Shown here: piece by piece, positions 9,298 to 19,243 of the stretch
Layout of the letters: each line of letters opens with the position of its first letter
Position numbering within the stretch: position 1 is the stretch's first letter
Origin: a virus
Virus record (IMG/VR): IMGVR_UViG_3300025889_000073
Coordinates: 1 to 64,000 of that record
DNA length: 64,000 bases
Reading direction: 5' to 3' (one strand)
Made by a program: the position numbers and the translations under genes
Notes under the pieces: model-generated
What the model saw: the letters and a program-made list of their open reading frames with translations, nothing else
What the model was told of the DNA's origin: nothing
The model's database searches: none

Positions 9298-11568
9298 ATG
9301 AAATTTTTAGATTTTCTGGAAGAACAGAAAGAAAAACACGGTGTATTTGCGTTTGGGAGAATGAATCCCATAACTATAGGCCATGAAAAATTAGTACAAA
9401 AAGTCAAAGATATAGCTACAGCAGTAGGTGGTTCACACCACATAGTATTATCACATACACAAGATTCTAAAAAAAATCCCTTATCAGCTAAGCAGAAAGT
9501 GCAACACGCAAAAAAAGCATTTCCTGACACAAACTTTACACATTCAACAAAAGAATCTCCCAATTTCCTAACACAAGCAGCTGACCTGCACAAGAAGGGT
9601 ATAACACATCTTCATGCGGTCGGTGGCTCTGACCGTGTTGCAGAATTTAAAAAGACATTGAACAAATACAATGGCACACATCAAGGTGCATTGTTCAATT
9701 TCAAAAAAATTACTGTACATTCTTCTGGAGAAAGAGACCCGGATGCAGAAGGAGTGGGTGGTATGTCTGCTTCGAAAATGCGTGGCCATGCTACAGCTGG
9801 AGATTTTGAATCTTTCCGTAAAGGAGTTCCTTCTACCATGGGACATTCTCATGCTAAATCATTATATAACGATGTTCGTAAAGGATTAGGACTCCGTGAA
9901 GATATTGATTTAATTTTTGAAGATTTGTTGACAGAAGGGGTGCATGACCAGTCCATTTTTAAAGCAGTATTTCTTGCAGGTGGACCAGGCTCAGGTAAAG
10001 ATTATGTCTTGGACAATACACTTGAAGGCCATGGCCTGATAGAAATTAATTCGGATAAAGCATTAGAGTTTTTAATGGACAAAAAAGGTCTCGACAAAAA
10101 GATGCCATCATCCGAAAAAGAAATGAGAGATGATGTTCGTAGTCAAGCTAAAATTATGACTGAGTTAAAACAAAAGCTTGCTTTAACCGGTCGAAACGGA
10201 ATAATCATTAATGGAACAGGTGATGACCTTGAAAAAATAACTAGGATTAAAAGTGGTTTAGAAAAACTTGGTTATGATACAGCAATGATTATGGTCAACA
10301 CTTCTGATGATGTTTCATCACAAAGAAATATTGAACGTGGCCAACGTGGTGGTAGAACTGTTCCGGAAACAATTCGTAAAGAAAAGTGGGATGCATCACA
10401 AGATGCGAGAACAGAGTATGCAAAAATGTTTGGTGCTAACTACCACGAATTTGATAACTCTGAAGATTTGAGACAAGCTTCACCCGATATAGTGAAGCAA
10501 AAGAAAATGGAATTGTTGGATATATTTAAAACAATGAAAGAGTTTGTCTCCTCTCCTCCAAACTCAGACATTGCAAAAGAATGGGTTGCTTCTGAATTAC
10601 AAAAGAAAGATACTCTACCTGTTGCTCAATCGGGCACAGAAAATGTGCCTCCACACGATTCTAAGGCTGCTGAGCAAGCCAGAGAATTAGGATTACAATA
10701 TTACGGTTTTGGTAGATATGGTAAAAATGGTAAAGTAACACACAGGTCAGTACATGATAACCTTGTTTCTGTGGAAGAAATTCAATCAGCCTCAGATAAA
10801 CAAAAAGTTAAAAAAGAAGAAATAGATTTAGAATTTGAAAATTTATTTAATGAGTCTTATCAGTTGTCGGATTCTTCCGCACTAAATCTATTATTATTAG
10901 GAAATTCAATAGACGAAAGAGACTTTCAGATTGGTGAAGAAAAACAAATTAAACTTCTAAAAGATAAATCTGGAAGACCTAGGATTTTTATGTTAAGGTC
11001 TGCTGCTGCAAAAGAATCTCACACCCATGGCGGCGAAGTCATAAAATATAAGAATGGTTATGTTATTAAACTTAAAGAGGAGAATGAAAATGACAAACTG
11101 GTTGAAAAACTTATTTTTGAGAATTTTAGGAAAAAGAAAAGAGGAAACGAAGTACGAAATGGAACCTCCGGTGATGGAGGAGAATTGGCCATTTCCGAAA
11201 GCAACTTCGTTACCGACGGAGATAATCGAATCACCAACGCCGTCACAAGAAAAACCATTACCCTCCAAGAAGCAAGGAACCGCCAAAAAACCAAAGCAGC
11301 AACCAGCATCGAAAAACACCAAAACAACTGGACGGGGCAGGTCCAAGAAAGCATCGACAAAGGAATAGAACCTGGCCTTTCGATGTCAACGGGTGGTGAG
11401 AATTTAACCAGAACTTCAGGTAAAAACAAACAATTGAAAAAGCCATTTGAAGAAGCAATTGGTTCAGATGGTTCAATTGTTACATCTATCTCCGATAAAA
11501 AGGAAGATGAACTGAAGAAATCAGGAATCAATTTACAATCATTTAGAGCAAAGAGACACATAGGATGA
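9298..11568 (+). CDS. Fusion of HIGH-family cytidylyltransferase-like domain and P-loop (zeta-toxin/Pnk-like) kinase; probable head protein
   Basis: FGRMNPITIGH, GSDR, MSASKMR; LAGGPGSGKD, INSD, RNIERG; N-terminal MKFLDFLEE. Confidence 0.8.
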   Translation: MKFLDFLEEQKEKHGVFAFGRMNPITIGHEKLVQKVKDIATAVGGSHHIVLSHTQDSKKNPLSAKQKVQHAKKAFPDTNFTHSTKESPNFLTQAADLHKKGITHLHAVGGSDRVAEFKKTLNKYNGTHQGALFNFKKITVHSSGERDPDAEGVGGMSASKMRGHATAGDFESFRKGVPSTMGHSHAKSLYNDVRKGLGLREDIDLIFEDLLTEGVHDQSIFKAVFLAGGPGSGKDYVLDNTLEGHGLIEINSDKALEFLMDKKGLDKKMPSSEKEMRDDVRSQAKIMTELKQKLALTGRNGIIINGTGDDLEKITRIKSGLEKLGYDTAMIMVNTSDDVSSQRNIERGQRGGRTVPETIRKEKWDASQDARTEYAKMFGANYHEFDNSEDLRQASPDIVKQKKMELLDIFKTMKEFVSSPPNSDIAKEWVASELQKKDTLPVAQSGTENVPPHDSKAAEQARELGLQYYGFGRYGKNGKVTHRSVHDNLVSVEEIQSASDKQKVKKEEIDLEFENLFNESYQLSDSSALNLLLLGNSIDERDFQIGEEKQIKLLKDKSGRPRIFMLRSAAAKESHTHGGEVIKYKNGYVIKLKEENENDKLVEKLIFENFRKKKRGNEVRNGTSGDGGELAISESNFVTDGDNRITNAVTRKTITLQEARNRQKTKAATSIEKHQNNWTGQVQESIDKGIEPGLSMSTGGENLTRTSGKNKQLKKPFEEAIGSDGSIVTSISDKKEDELKKSGINLQSFRAKRHIG
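11090..11368 (+). CDS. Candidate overprinted small protein in an alternative frame (MTNWLKNLFLRILGK...)
   Basis: GAGGAG at 11077-11082, 7 nt before ATG 11090; amphipathic N-terminus and Pro/Lys-rich tail. Confidence 0.5.
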   Translation: MTNWLKNLFLRILGKRKEETKYEMEPPVMEENWPFPKATSLPTEIIESPTPSQEKPLPSKKQGTAKKPKQQPASKNTKTTGRGRSKKASTKE

Positions 11569-12110
11569 AATCATTCAAAACATTTATTGCTGAAGGTCGT
11601 CCATCTCAACGTCATCCACTTGAGGGACATGAGTATCATAGAAAAACTAATGCAGAATTGGAATACATTGCTAAAGATGCACACAAAGCGGCTGAAGCAA
11701 TGAAATCCCACAATACTACGGCCGAGAATAAGTATCGTGATCAAGCAAACGATTCAGCAACAGTTCGTTACTATCGTCAAAAACATGGTATGGCCGATTG
11801 GTATAAGAAAAAATACGGTCATGTCAAAGAAGAAGTTGTAGACGAATCGGCCGCATGGCAACGTAAAGAAGGAAAAAATCCCGAAGGTGGTTTGAACCAA
11901 AAAGGCGTTGATTCATATCGCCGTGAAAATCCTGGTTCTAAATTACAAACAGCTGTAACTACACCACCATCAAAATTAAAACCTGGCAGTAAAGCTGCCA
12001 ATCGTAGAAAATCTTTTTGTGCGAGAATGGGTGGTATGCCTGGTCCTATGAAAGATGAGAAGGGCCGGCCAACTCGTAAAGCACTATCATTGAGAAAGTG
12101 GAATTGTTAA
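11565..12110 (+). CDS. Probable head internal protein (DUF6321-like C-terminal domain)
   Basis: MKSFKTFIAE resembles the T4 IP capsid-targeting sequence; AAWQRKEGKNPEGGLN...RRKSFCARM. Confidence 0.65.
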   Translation: MKSFKTFIAEGRPSQRHPLEGHEYHRKTNAELEYIAKDAHKAAEAMKSHNTTAENKYRDQANDSATVRYYRQKHGMADWYKKKYGHVKEEVVDESAAWQRKEGKNPEGGLNQKGVDSYRRENPGSKLQTAVTTPPSKLKPGSKAANRRKSFCARMGGMPGPMKDEKGRPTRKALSLRKWNC

Positions 12111-13655
12111 GTGGCACAATTTAGAATAGACCAGCAACAATACGTTCAACCTCATAACAGAACGTTGTTTGAGGTGAATATGCAAGCCGATGAGTATGGT
12201 CATATTCAGGGTGGGTCTGCATCTGGTCCAACCAAGTATAGTGCATTTGGTGAACCTGTTTCTGTGCCTATTGACCCAATCATTCAGTTAGATGCTTTAT
12301 ATGGTTTTGACCCAAGAGAGTTTGAAACACTATCTGCATCTACTGGGACCTATGAATCAACCGGTACTTTATTTAAAACTCATACTGGTACAGGTGCATA
12401 TGGTTATGCTGTAATTCGTTCAAACAGAATTTTACGTTATCGTCCCGGTCAAGGAGCATTGTTAAGATTTACTGCCGGCTTTGATAATCCACAAACAGGT
12501 GTTACACTCAGAGCAGGATTCTTTACACAAGAACAATCAATTATGGTTGGTTATGATGGTGATAGATTTGGTATATTAAGACAGAATGGTGGTAAAGCTC
12601 ATATAGCAAAATTAACTGTATCTGCTGGTGGTACCGGTAATGCAACAATCACACTCAATGGTGTTGCTACTGTAGTTGCAATTGCTTCTACCGACACAAC
12701 TGTTGTAGCAAAGACAATTGCATCCGCATCATTCTCCGGATGGATAACAGAACAAGTTGGTAATACAGTATATTTCTTATCGACATCACTAGGGGTCAAA
12801 TCAGGAACATATAGTTTAACAGACACAGGTACAGGAACATTTACTACAAGTCAAGAAGGTGCTGATGATGTAACAAACTGGGTTTATCAAGAAGACTTTA
12901 ATGTAGATAAACTTGACGGCACCGGTACATCAGGTGTTACAATTGACCCAACAAAATTAAACATCTATCAAATTAACTTTAGATGGCTGGGTGCAGGTGA
13001 GATTAGATTTGCAATGGAGAATCCTTTGAATGGAGATATGATATTCTTTCATCATATACATTTCTCCAACGAAAACACCGATGTTCACATAAACAATCCA
13101 TCATTTAGAATTGGATATGTTGCTGCCAATCTAACTGCAAGTACAATTACAGATGCACACACATACGGTGCATCAATGATGGCTGCAATCGAGGGTCTCA
13201 CAAAAGAGTCAGGATTTCCAACAGGAATTAGCAGCGATTCAAAATCATCATTAGGTGCTGGAACTTATCACTCTATTATATCACTAAAGAATTCATTAAT
13301 ATATCAAAACAGAATTAATCTAAGAATAGTAGTATTAAAAAACTTAGACATTGCGGTTACCTGTAATGGTCCTACGAGATATTATTTTGTACTCAGAGGA
13401 ACAAAGAGCACTGGAAATACTTGGAATAGAGTTGCAAACTATAGTGCTGTATTACAAGATGTTTCAACAGGGTCTTTTACATTTGCAAACGAACATCCAT
13501 TAGCGGCATTTACTCTACCATCTGGAGGTTCAAACTCATGGAATTTGAATGATTTAAAACTTACGATACCACCAGGAATGTGGATAGATTTGATGGTCGT
13601 TAGTAATCAACAAATCAACGATGTCACAGCAACTTTAACTTGGATAGAAATTTAA
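12111..13655 (+). CDS. Probable virion structural protein (beta-rich)
   Basis: 514 aa, T/G/S-rich, GTG start, in late operon; YRPGQG and WLGAGEIRF motifs. Confidence 0.55.
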   Translation: MAQFRIDQQQYVQPHNRTLFEVNMQADEYGHIQGGSASGPTKYSAFGEPVSVPIDPIIQLDALYGFDPREFETLSASTGTYESTGTLFKTHTGTGAYGYAVIRSNRILRYRPGQGALLRFTAGFDNPQTGVTLRAGFFTQEQSIMVGYDGDRFGILRQNGGKAHIAKLTVSAGGTGNATITLNGVATVVAIASTDTTVVAKTIASASFSGWITEQVGNTVYFLSTSLGVKSGTYSLTDTGTGTFTTSQEGADDVTNWVYQEDFNVDKLDGTGTSGVTIDPTKLNIYQINFRWLGAGEIRFAMENPLNGDMIFFHHIHFSNENTDVHINNPSFRIGYVAANLTASTITDAHTYGASMMAAIEGLTKESGFPTGISSDSKSSLGAGTYHSIISLKNSLIYQNRINLRIVVLKNLDIAVTCNGPTRYYFVLRGTKSTGNTWNRVANYSAVLQDVSTGSFTFANEHPLAAFTLPSGGSNSWNLNDLKLTIPPGMWIDLMVVSNQQINDVTATLTWIEI

Positions 13656-13670
13656 TTTAGGAGAAAAACA

Positions 13671-15314
13671 ATGCAATTCGACAACGAAAAAACTCGCAAT
13701 GTCGCAGATGTCGCTGCCAGAATTATGGCTGGCGAATCTATTAAACCTCAACAACTTGATGAAAAACTTCATCCTAATCAACAGGTACTTGATGTACATG
13801 AACCTGACAAAGATGAATTAACAGCTAAAGATTTTGAAATGCTTCGTAAAAAGAAAAAGATGAAAGAAGAAAATGAAGTTTGTCCAAAATGTGATGGCAA
13901 AGGATGTGAACATTGCGGTGGTAAAGGTTACCATGAAGAAGTTGAAGAGGAACAAGCCGAACAGATTGATGAAGTTAAGATGGCTGACCTGCCTTCCAGA
14001 AAAGTACAAGGCAAATCATATGGTGCATCGAAGCCTAACACCAATCCGTTTGACGTTCTGAAAGGCCCAAAGAATAAAGACTTAGACGCCATTAAGAAAG
14101 ATGAAAAGAAAATGGTTCCTAATTGGGCAAGAGGTCCTAATGAATCAGTCAGCACATTTTCTGCAATGTTGGAACAATACAAAGAAACGGGCCTAAAATC
14201 TCTCAAAGAGTGGGCCAAGAAGAAAGTTGTAAAAGAAGAACCAACACAAGAAGAATATGAGGAAGAATTACAAACACAAAAAGCCAAATCTGAAGGTAAA
14301 GTAAAACAACCAGATTTGACCAAAGGTGATGTCATGGCTGTTCAACAAGAAGAAATTGAACAGATTGATGAAGGTGAGAGAAGTGCTAACTACATTGGTA
14401 CCGCACACAAAAGTGATCCAGACTATGACAAAAAATTGAGTGATTTGAAGTCACGGGCTATTGGTGGCCATCGTATTCGTGGTCGTTCTCCTGCACCAGA
14501 ACACAAAGAAAAATATCAAGAAGGCGGTGAACTAAAACGTCCACATCAAGATATTAAACCAGAACACGCAACAAGAGTTGATGTATATGGTAGAAAAGGT
14601 GTTAAAAGTGTTTCTGAAGAAACTGAACAAATTGATGAGTTGAGTAAAGATACTTTACAAAACTATACTCAAAAAGCCAAGGCTGTTTCTAAAAATGCAA
14701 AAGCTTACGGTTCTTATAATGCTGACCCGGACGATTCTGATCTTGCTGATAAAAATTGGAAAAAGCATGAGAAACTTGAAAAAGGAATCATGAAAGCTAA
14801 AGAGAAAATGAACAAAGAAGAAATTGAACAGATTGATGAAGTTGGTGATACACCAGCTGGCAGAAAAGTACTGAGCAGTTATGTCAACAAAGCACTTGGT
14901 GACAAAAATCGTGAGAAAGGTCTGCGTAAAGCAACATCACGCCTATACAAAGACAACTACTATGGCAAAAAGAATGAAGAAGTTGTCTCTGAATCTAAAG
15001 CAGGTTGGTCTGATAATAATGGAACAGTTAAAAAATATGAACCCCAGAAGAAAGCTCCTACACCTCATTGGAGATTCAACAAGGATGGGTCACATACTGA
15101 TATGAATACCGGCAAAACCCATCACCGAGATGGTTCTGTAACGGAAGAAGCTGAACAAGTTGATGAACGTCATATGACTGATGCTGAAATGGACAAAAGA
15201 GAAGATATTGTTAAGGGCATGAAAAAAAGTATGCAAGGATTCAAAGACCGTTACGGTGACAAAGCAAAAAATGTCATGTACGCAACCGCCACTAAACAGG
15301 CCATGAAGGACTAA
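13671..15314 (+). CDS. Probable prohead core/internal polyprotein
   Basis: Repeated EQIDE/EQVDE linkers ([ILV]xE gp21 sites); highly charged; AGGAG SD. Confidence 0.6.
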   Translation: MQFDNEKTRNVADVAARIMAGESIKPQQLDEKLHPNQQVLDVHEPDKDELTAKDFEMLRKKKKMKEENEVCPKCDGKGCEHCGGKGYHEEVEEEQAEQIDEVKMADLPSRKVQGKSYGASKPNTNPFDVLKGPKNKDLDAIKKDEKKMVPNWARGPNESVSTFSAMLEQYKETGLKSLKEWAKKKVVKEEPTQEEYEEELQTQKAKSEGKVKQPDLTKGDVMAVQQEEIEQIDEGERSANYIGTAHKSDPDYDKKLSDLKSRAIGGHRIRGRSPAPEHKEKYQEGGELKRPHQDIKPEHATRVDVYGRKGVKSVSEETEQIDELSKDTLQNYTQKAKAVSKNAKAYGSYNADPDDSDLADKNWKKHEKLEKGIMKAKEKMNKEEIEQIDEVGDTPAGRKVLSSYVNKALGDKNREKGLRKATSRLYKDNYYGKKNEEVVSESKAGWSDNNGTVKKYEPQKKAPTPHWRFNKDGSHTDMNTGKTHHRDGSVTEEAEQVDERHMTDAEMDKREDIVKGMKKSMQGFKDRYGDKAKNVMYATATKQAMKD

Positions 15315-15315
15315 C

Positions 15316-16182
15316 ATGAAAAAAGCATCAGAAGTTTTTAAATCAATTCGGTTTGCGAAAGGTGAACCGAGAGACAAACCACATATGTCTACAGATGATG
15401 AAGAACATTATGTTGTAGGTGAAAAAGAATGGAATCAACAAGTTGCCCATGCAAAGAAAATGGCTATGCAAGAAGAAAATTTGGATGAACTTTCAAATGA
15501 TTTGTTAACACGTTATAAAAAATCTGCTTCCAACCAAGCGTCTGCAGCAGATAAAGCAGGTGATTTTAAGAAAGGTGATAAGCGTTTCTCTGGTATCGTT
15601 AAAGCAACCAAGAAACAGTTTGACAACGATCTTAAAAAAGAAGAAGTTGAGCAGGTTGATGAAATAATCAAAAGAGATGTTTCACGGGATGTGCAAACAA
15701 TGGATAAAGTTTCATTCGTTAAGAAACATGGTGTATCAAAATCTCAAGCGAAAGTTTTAACGCAAGAAGGAGAGAATAAACAAATGAAAAAAGACCCGTG
15801 TTGGAATGGATATCAAATGGTTGGTATGAAAAAGAAAAACGGAAAAGAAGTTCCGAATTGTGTACCAACAAACGAAGGTGTTTATTCAGAAAAAGATATT
15901 GAGGACCGTGAAAATGCTTCAAATCCTGGCATGAGGTCATTTAGAAAACCTCAGACTCCTCCGTTTGAAGGTCCTTATAAAAAGAAACCTTCAGCCAAAC
16001 CTGGTAAATATGGTTCAGGTTACTCAACAGCCAAACATTTAGCCAAACAAGGATTAAAGAAGGCTATGGGTGAAGCCAAAGAAGTTAAACTGTCTAAGAA
16101 AGCTCAAATTGTCAAAAACGCAGCAAAAGAAAAATTTAATAAAGACCCCGAACTTAGCGATTCGGTAACAAAAAACTTATAA
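15316..16182 (+). CDS. Probable prohead internal protein
   Basis: ENLDE/EQVDE linkers; DPCWNGY...EVPNCVP module. Confidence 0.55.
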   Translation: MKKASEVFKSIRFAKGEPRDKPHMSTDDEEHYVVGEKEWNQQVAHAKKMAMQEENLDELSNDLLTRYKKSASNQASAADKAGDFKKGDKRFSGIVKATKKQFDNDLKKEEVEQVDEIIKRDVSRDVQTMDKVSFVKKHGVSKSQAKVLTQEGENKQMKKDPCWNGYQMVGMKKKNGKEVPNCVPTNEGVYSEKDIEDRENASNPGMRSFRKPQTPPFEGPYKKKPSAKPGKYGSGYSTAKHLAKQGLKKAMGEAKEVKLSKKAQIVKNAAKEKFNKDPELSDSVTKNL

Positions 16183-16217
16183 CATAAATAACCAATAAAA
16201 CTTTTTAGGAGAAAAAA

Positions 16218-16562
16218 ATGGCACTATGGGGAAACAACGATGAAGCTAACAACGCACCAGTTTGGGCTGTTGCTAGCGGATTAGGTGTCTCTGCTAATGG
16301 AGAAACACTTTATCAAAATACAACGGTTGATGATTATGTCAATGGTGTAGCTATTGGCGTTTTTGGTGTTGATGCGGCTGAACAGGCCAATACTGCAACT
16401 CAAGCCAATACAGGCGCTCATGCTGGTTGGGTAGTTCGTACAGAAGGTACCGGTGGCCGTGCAGGTCGTGTTCACGTTGAAACACTTGTTGCAATGGGTT
16501 CTATGACCAGCGATGGTTCTTCTGGTGACGATGACGTTACATTAGAAGATACAGCTGAATAA
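16218..16562 (+). CDS. Conserved T4-like virion protein
   Basis: MALWGNND...HAGWV...GRAGRVHVETLVAM; CATAAATA late-like promoter and AGGAG SD upstream. Confidence 0.6.
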   Translation: MALWGNNDEANNAPVWAVASGLGVSANGETLYQNTTVDDYVNGVAIGVFGVDAAEQANTATQANTGAHAGWVVRTEGTGGRAGRVHVETLVAMGSMTSDGSSGDDDVTLEDTAE

Positions 16563-17062
16563 TGAAGTTTAAAGAGTATTTGCAGGAGCTATCACAGATA
16601 GATGATGGCCAAGCAATCGTTGCTCACGAGCCTACTGGTGAAGAATCTTTACAGATTTTAAATCCAAAAACTTTAGTAAAAGCAAATCTTGAATTGAGTA
16701 ATGAACTCAATGATGTGATTGTATCTCCTTATGTTGGTGTTCAAAAGATTCGTAAGGTGTTGTACAGGTACGCATTAGACCTGCCAGCACTTTACGATGT
16801 TGACCCACAAGGAGATGAAGTTGTTATTGAAGTTGACCAGTTTGGTGACACACTAGGTGATAATATATTCAGTAATTCGAATTGGGATGAATACAATGCC
16901 AACCCAACCGATGATGATTTAGATGGTCAAAAAGATGAACAATGCTTTGTCTATATACTATATTATCCGACCGATGAAGGTGGTTATGAATTTTATGCGG
17001 AAATTGGAGATAATGCTCGCATGGAAGAACTTTTGTCGGAAGAGGAGTCAGACGAAGAATAA
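16562..17062 (+). CDS. Acidic hypothetical protein
   Basis: 166 aa; N-terminus MKFKEYLQE. Confidence 0.55.
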   Translation: MKFKEYLQELSQIDDGQAIVAHEPTGEESLQILNPKTLVKANLELSNELNDVIVSPYVGVQKIRKVLYRYALDLPALYDVDPQGDEVVIEVDQFGDTLGDNIFSNSNWDEYNANPTDDDLDGQKDEQCFVYILYYPTDEGGYEFYAEIGDNARMEELLSEEESDEE

Positions 17063-17064
17063 TA

Positions 17065-17460
17065 ATGCTTTTTGATAATTTGACAAATGAAAACATAATG
17101 TTATATTTGGTTAAAGCTTACGATAAACCAAATATGTTAATGAGTGAATTCAAAGATGATATGAAAAGGTTTAATTACCTTAAAAGGTTGTTTCAACGGT
17201 ACAGGAAATATAGAGAACTACGGGAGCAGTTGGTTTTAAATCATCTCGTAGTTCTCTATAATGTTTTTGGCCTAGAGGTTACTACAAGAACACTTTTTTT
17301 TAAAATGACTAAAGAAGATTATCCTGCTCTTAAAACATATTTACTTTTTTTGAATTATATGCCAGAAATTGTTTATGGAATTAAAAATGAAGATATAAAA
17401 TCTTCTGATATAGATATTGATAATAATATACAAAAAGTTTTAGGAAAAATAAATGGGTGA
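17065..17460 (+). CDS. Conserved T4-like hypothetical protein
   Basis: EFKDDMKRFNYLKRL...LNHLVVLYNVFG motif. Confidence 0.6.
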   Translation: MLFDNLTNENIMLYLVKAYDKPNMLMSEFKDDMKRFNYLKRLFQRYRKYRELREQLVLNHLVVLYNVFGLEVTTRTLFFKMTKEDYPALKTYLLFLNYMPEIVYGIKNEDIKSSDIDIDNNIQKVLGKING

Positions 17461-18445
17461 ACCCTTTAAGATAACACCAGGACCTAACGGACCAAGATTT
17501 GGTTCTGGAATTACTGTAACTCCAAATTTTGTTGTGTCCGTTCCGATCGGGAGTACACCGTTTCCCGTTTCTAATCCAGAGTTGCAATGGTATATTTCAG
17601 CTGACGCTATAAACAAATCATCTGGAGCAAGTATAGGGAATTCTTCTAGTAGTACTCAAGATACGGTGACTAACCCATATAATGTTTCAATACCTAGTTC
17701 TGGTTTAACTTGGCAATGTCAACCAAATGATTTTAGCCCAGCTACTCCTAGTCCTGGTGGTACCGTAAGTACATGGACAAGTTTATATGGTAAAACAATA
17801 TATTATATAAACTTGGGCAACGCAGCAAATTATAGAACTGTAAGTAGTTGTTGGGATTATGCATCAATTATCAGTAATGGTGGATTTACTTGGTGGTGTG
17901 TAAGACCTTATGTGTTAACCTACAAAGCCAACTACCGGCGGCCTTTATACTTTGCTGACCCAAATACGTCCAGCTGGAACGACCAAAATTATGGCGGTAT
18001 TGCTTGGTATTTTAATGACACCGGCCCCGCCAGCGTGGCGCAAAATTTCCGTTACGGGAACACTACTAGCAACTTATCAGGATATTTTTACGGACCTTCA
18101 GGGGCTTCATATAATGTTAGTTCTAATTATGTACTGATTCAGGTTATTACATCAACACCAGGCGCAAGCTCTTATGGTCAATATATAATTTCCGCCTACA
18201 ATAAAAATACAGAATCAACTGTATTTTTCACATCGACCCAGACTGTGTCCCAAGCCGGCGCCACCGGTTGGTCTTTACCTAATACAAGTACTGTTAGTCC
18301 TAGAATTCATTGTTATTATGCCTCCGGCAACAATAATGCCCATAATGATTCATTTTGTGAATATGGTTTTGCTAACCGACCATGGACTTTTAGTGAGAGT
18401 ACAGCTATGCATAATTATCTGGTTTCTAAATATACTGGAACATAA
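17453..18445 (+). CDS. S/T/G/Y-rich protein, LamG/lectin-like, possible virion accessory or receptor-binding protein
   Basis: C-terminal EYGFANRPWTFSESTAMHNYLVSKY resembles LamG-like ends. Confidence 0.45.
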   Translation: MGEPFKITPGPNGPRFGSGITVTPNFVVSVPIGSTPFPVSNPELQWYISADAINKSSGASIGNSSSSTQDTVTNPYNVSIPSSGLTWQCQPNDFSPATPSPGGTVSTWTSLYGKTIYYINLGNAANYRTVSSCWDYASIISNGGFTWWCVRPYVLTYKANYRRPLYFADPNTSSWNDQNYGGIAWYFNDTGPASVAQNFRYGNTTSNLSGYFYGPSGASYNVSSNYVLIQVITSTPGASSYGQYIISAYNKNTESTVFFTSTQTVSQAGATGWSLPNTSTVSPRIHCYYASGNNNAHNDSFCEYGFANRPWTFSESTAMHNYLVSKYTGT

Positions 18446-18462
18446 AATGAAAGGTGAAAAAA

Positions 18463-18609
18463 ATGGCTAAAATTGCGACAAACAAAAAAACAATTGACCA
18501 TGTGAAGAAAAAAACTATTCAAGCTGGGAAAAAATCATCTACTAAGATGGCCGGCATGAACAAATCTAAAAAGAAAAGTTATAAAGCTTACAGAGGACAA
18601 GGAAGATGA
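18463..18609 (+). CDS. Small basic protein ending KSYKAYRGQGR (not in ORF track)
   Basis: 48 aa; AAGGTG SD; YRGQG C-terminus recurrent in T4-like phages. Confidence 0.65.
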   Translation: MAKIATNKKTIDHVKKKTIQAGKKSSTKMAGMNKSKKKSYKAYRGQGR

Positions 18610-18764
18610 ATGGCAAAAAAGAAAAACCATTAAAAGAAGATGCACCAGTTAATGCAGTAGGTGATGGTTCTGCCGTTGCTGGCCTTGGTGTTGGTCCTCA
18701 AGGTGAACCTGGTGTCAAAAAGAAAAAGAAACTTGTGTCGTTTAAAATGTTCAAGAGGAAATAA
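18606..18764 (+). CDS. Small protein with LKEDAPVNAVG motif (not in ORF track)
   Basis: 52 aa; overlaps both neighbours by ATGA/TAATG. Confidence 0.55.
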   Translation: MNGKKEKPLKEDAPVNAVGDGSAVAGLGVGPQGEPGVKKKKKLVSFKMFKRK

Positions 18765-19243
18765 TGTTCCCTATTGGTGCCATAATTAAAGGTTTAATCT
18801 ACTTAGCAATTGTATTGGTGGTTGCAGGTGGATTTTATTATATTACTGGTTTGCGAGCAGACCTTGCCATATCAGAGGCAAACAATGCTAAACTAGAAGA
18901 AGGCATCAAAGAACAACAAGAGTTGTTAGAGTCGATGAAGAAAGACATTGCACAGATTCAAGAAACAAATAAACAATTACAAGAACAAAACGAGAAACAA
19001 AAACAAGATGTTGATGCATTGGCCAAAAAATTTGATAAAAGAGATTTTGGTGTATTTGCCGCAGCACAAACAGAAAAGGCAGAAAAATTAATAAATCGTG
19101 GTACAGTTAATGCACTCAGATGTATAGAATTGGCATCAGGTGCACCTTTAACAGAAGAAGAAAAGAATGCTAAAACACCTATGGAGGCCAATCGTGAATG
19201 TCCTGCGCTTATCGACCCTAACTTTAAGCCTATCCTTAATTAG
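18764..19243 (+). CDS. i-spanin (Rz-like)
   Basis: N-terminal TM helix, long coiled coil, C-terminal Cys; overlaps a lipoprotein gene. Confidence 0.7.
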   Translation: MFPIGAIIKGLIYLAIVLVVAGGFYYITGLRADLAISEANNAKLEEGIKEQQELLESMKKDIAQIQETNKQLQEQNEKQKQDVDALAKKFDKRDFGVFAAAQTEKAEKLINRGTVNALRCIELASGAPLTEEEKNAKTPMEANRECPALIDPNFKPILN

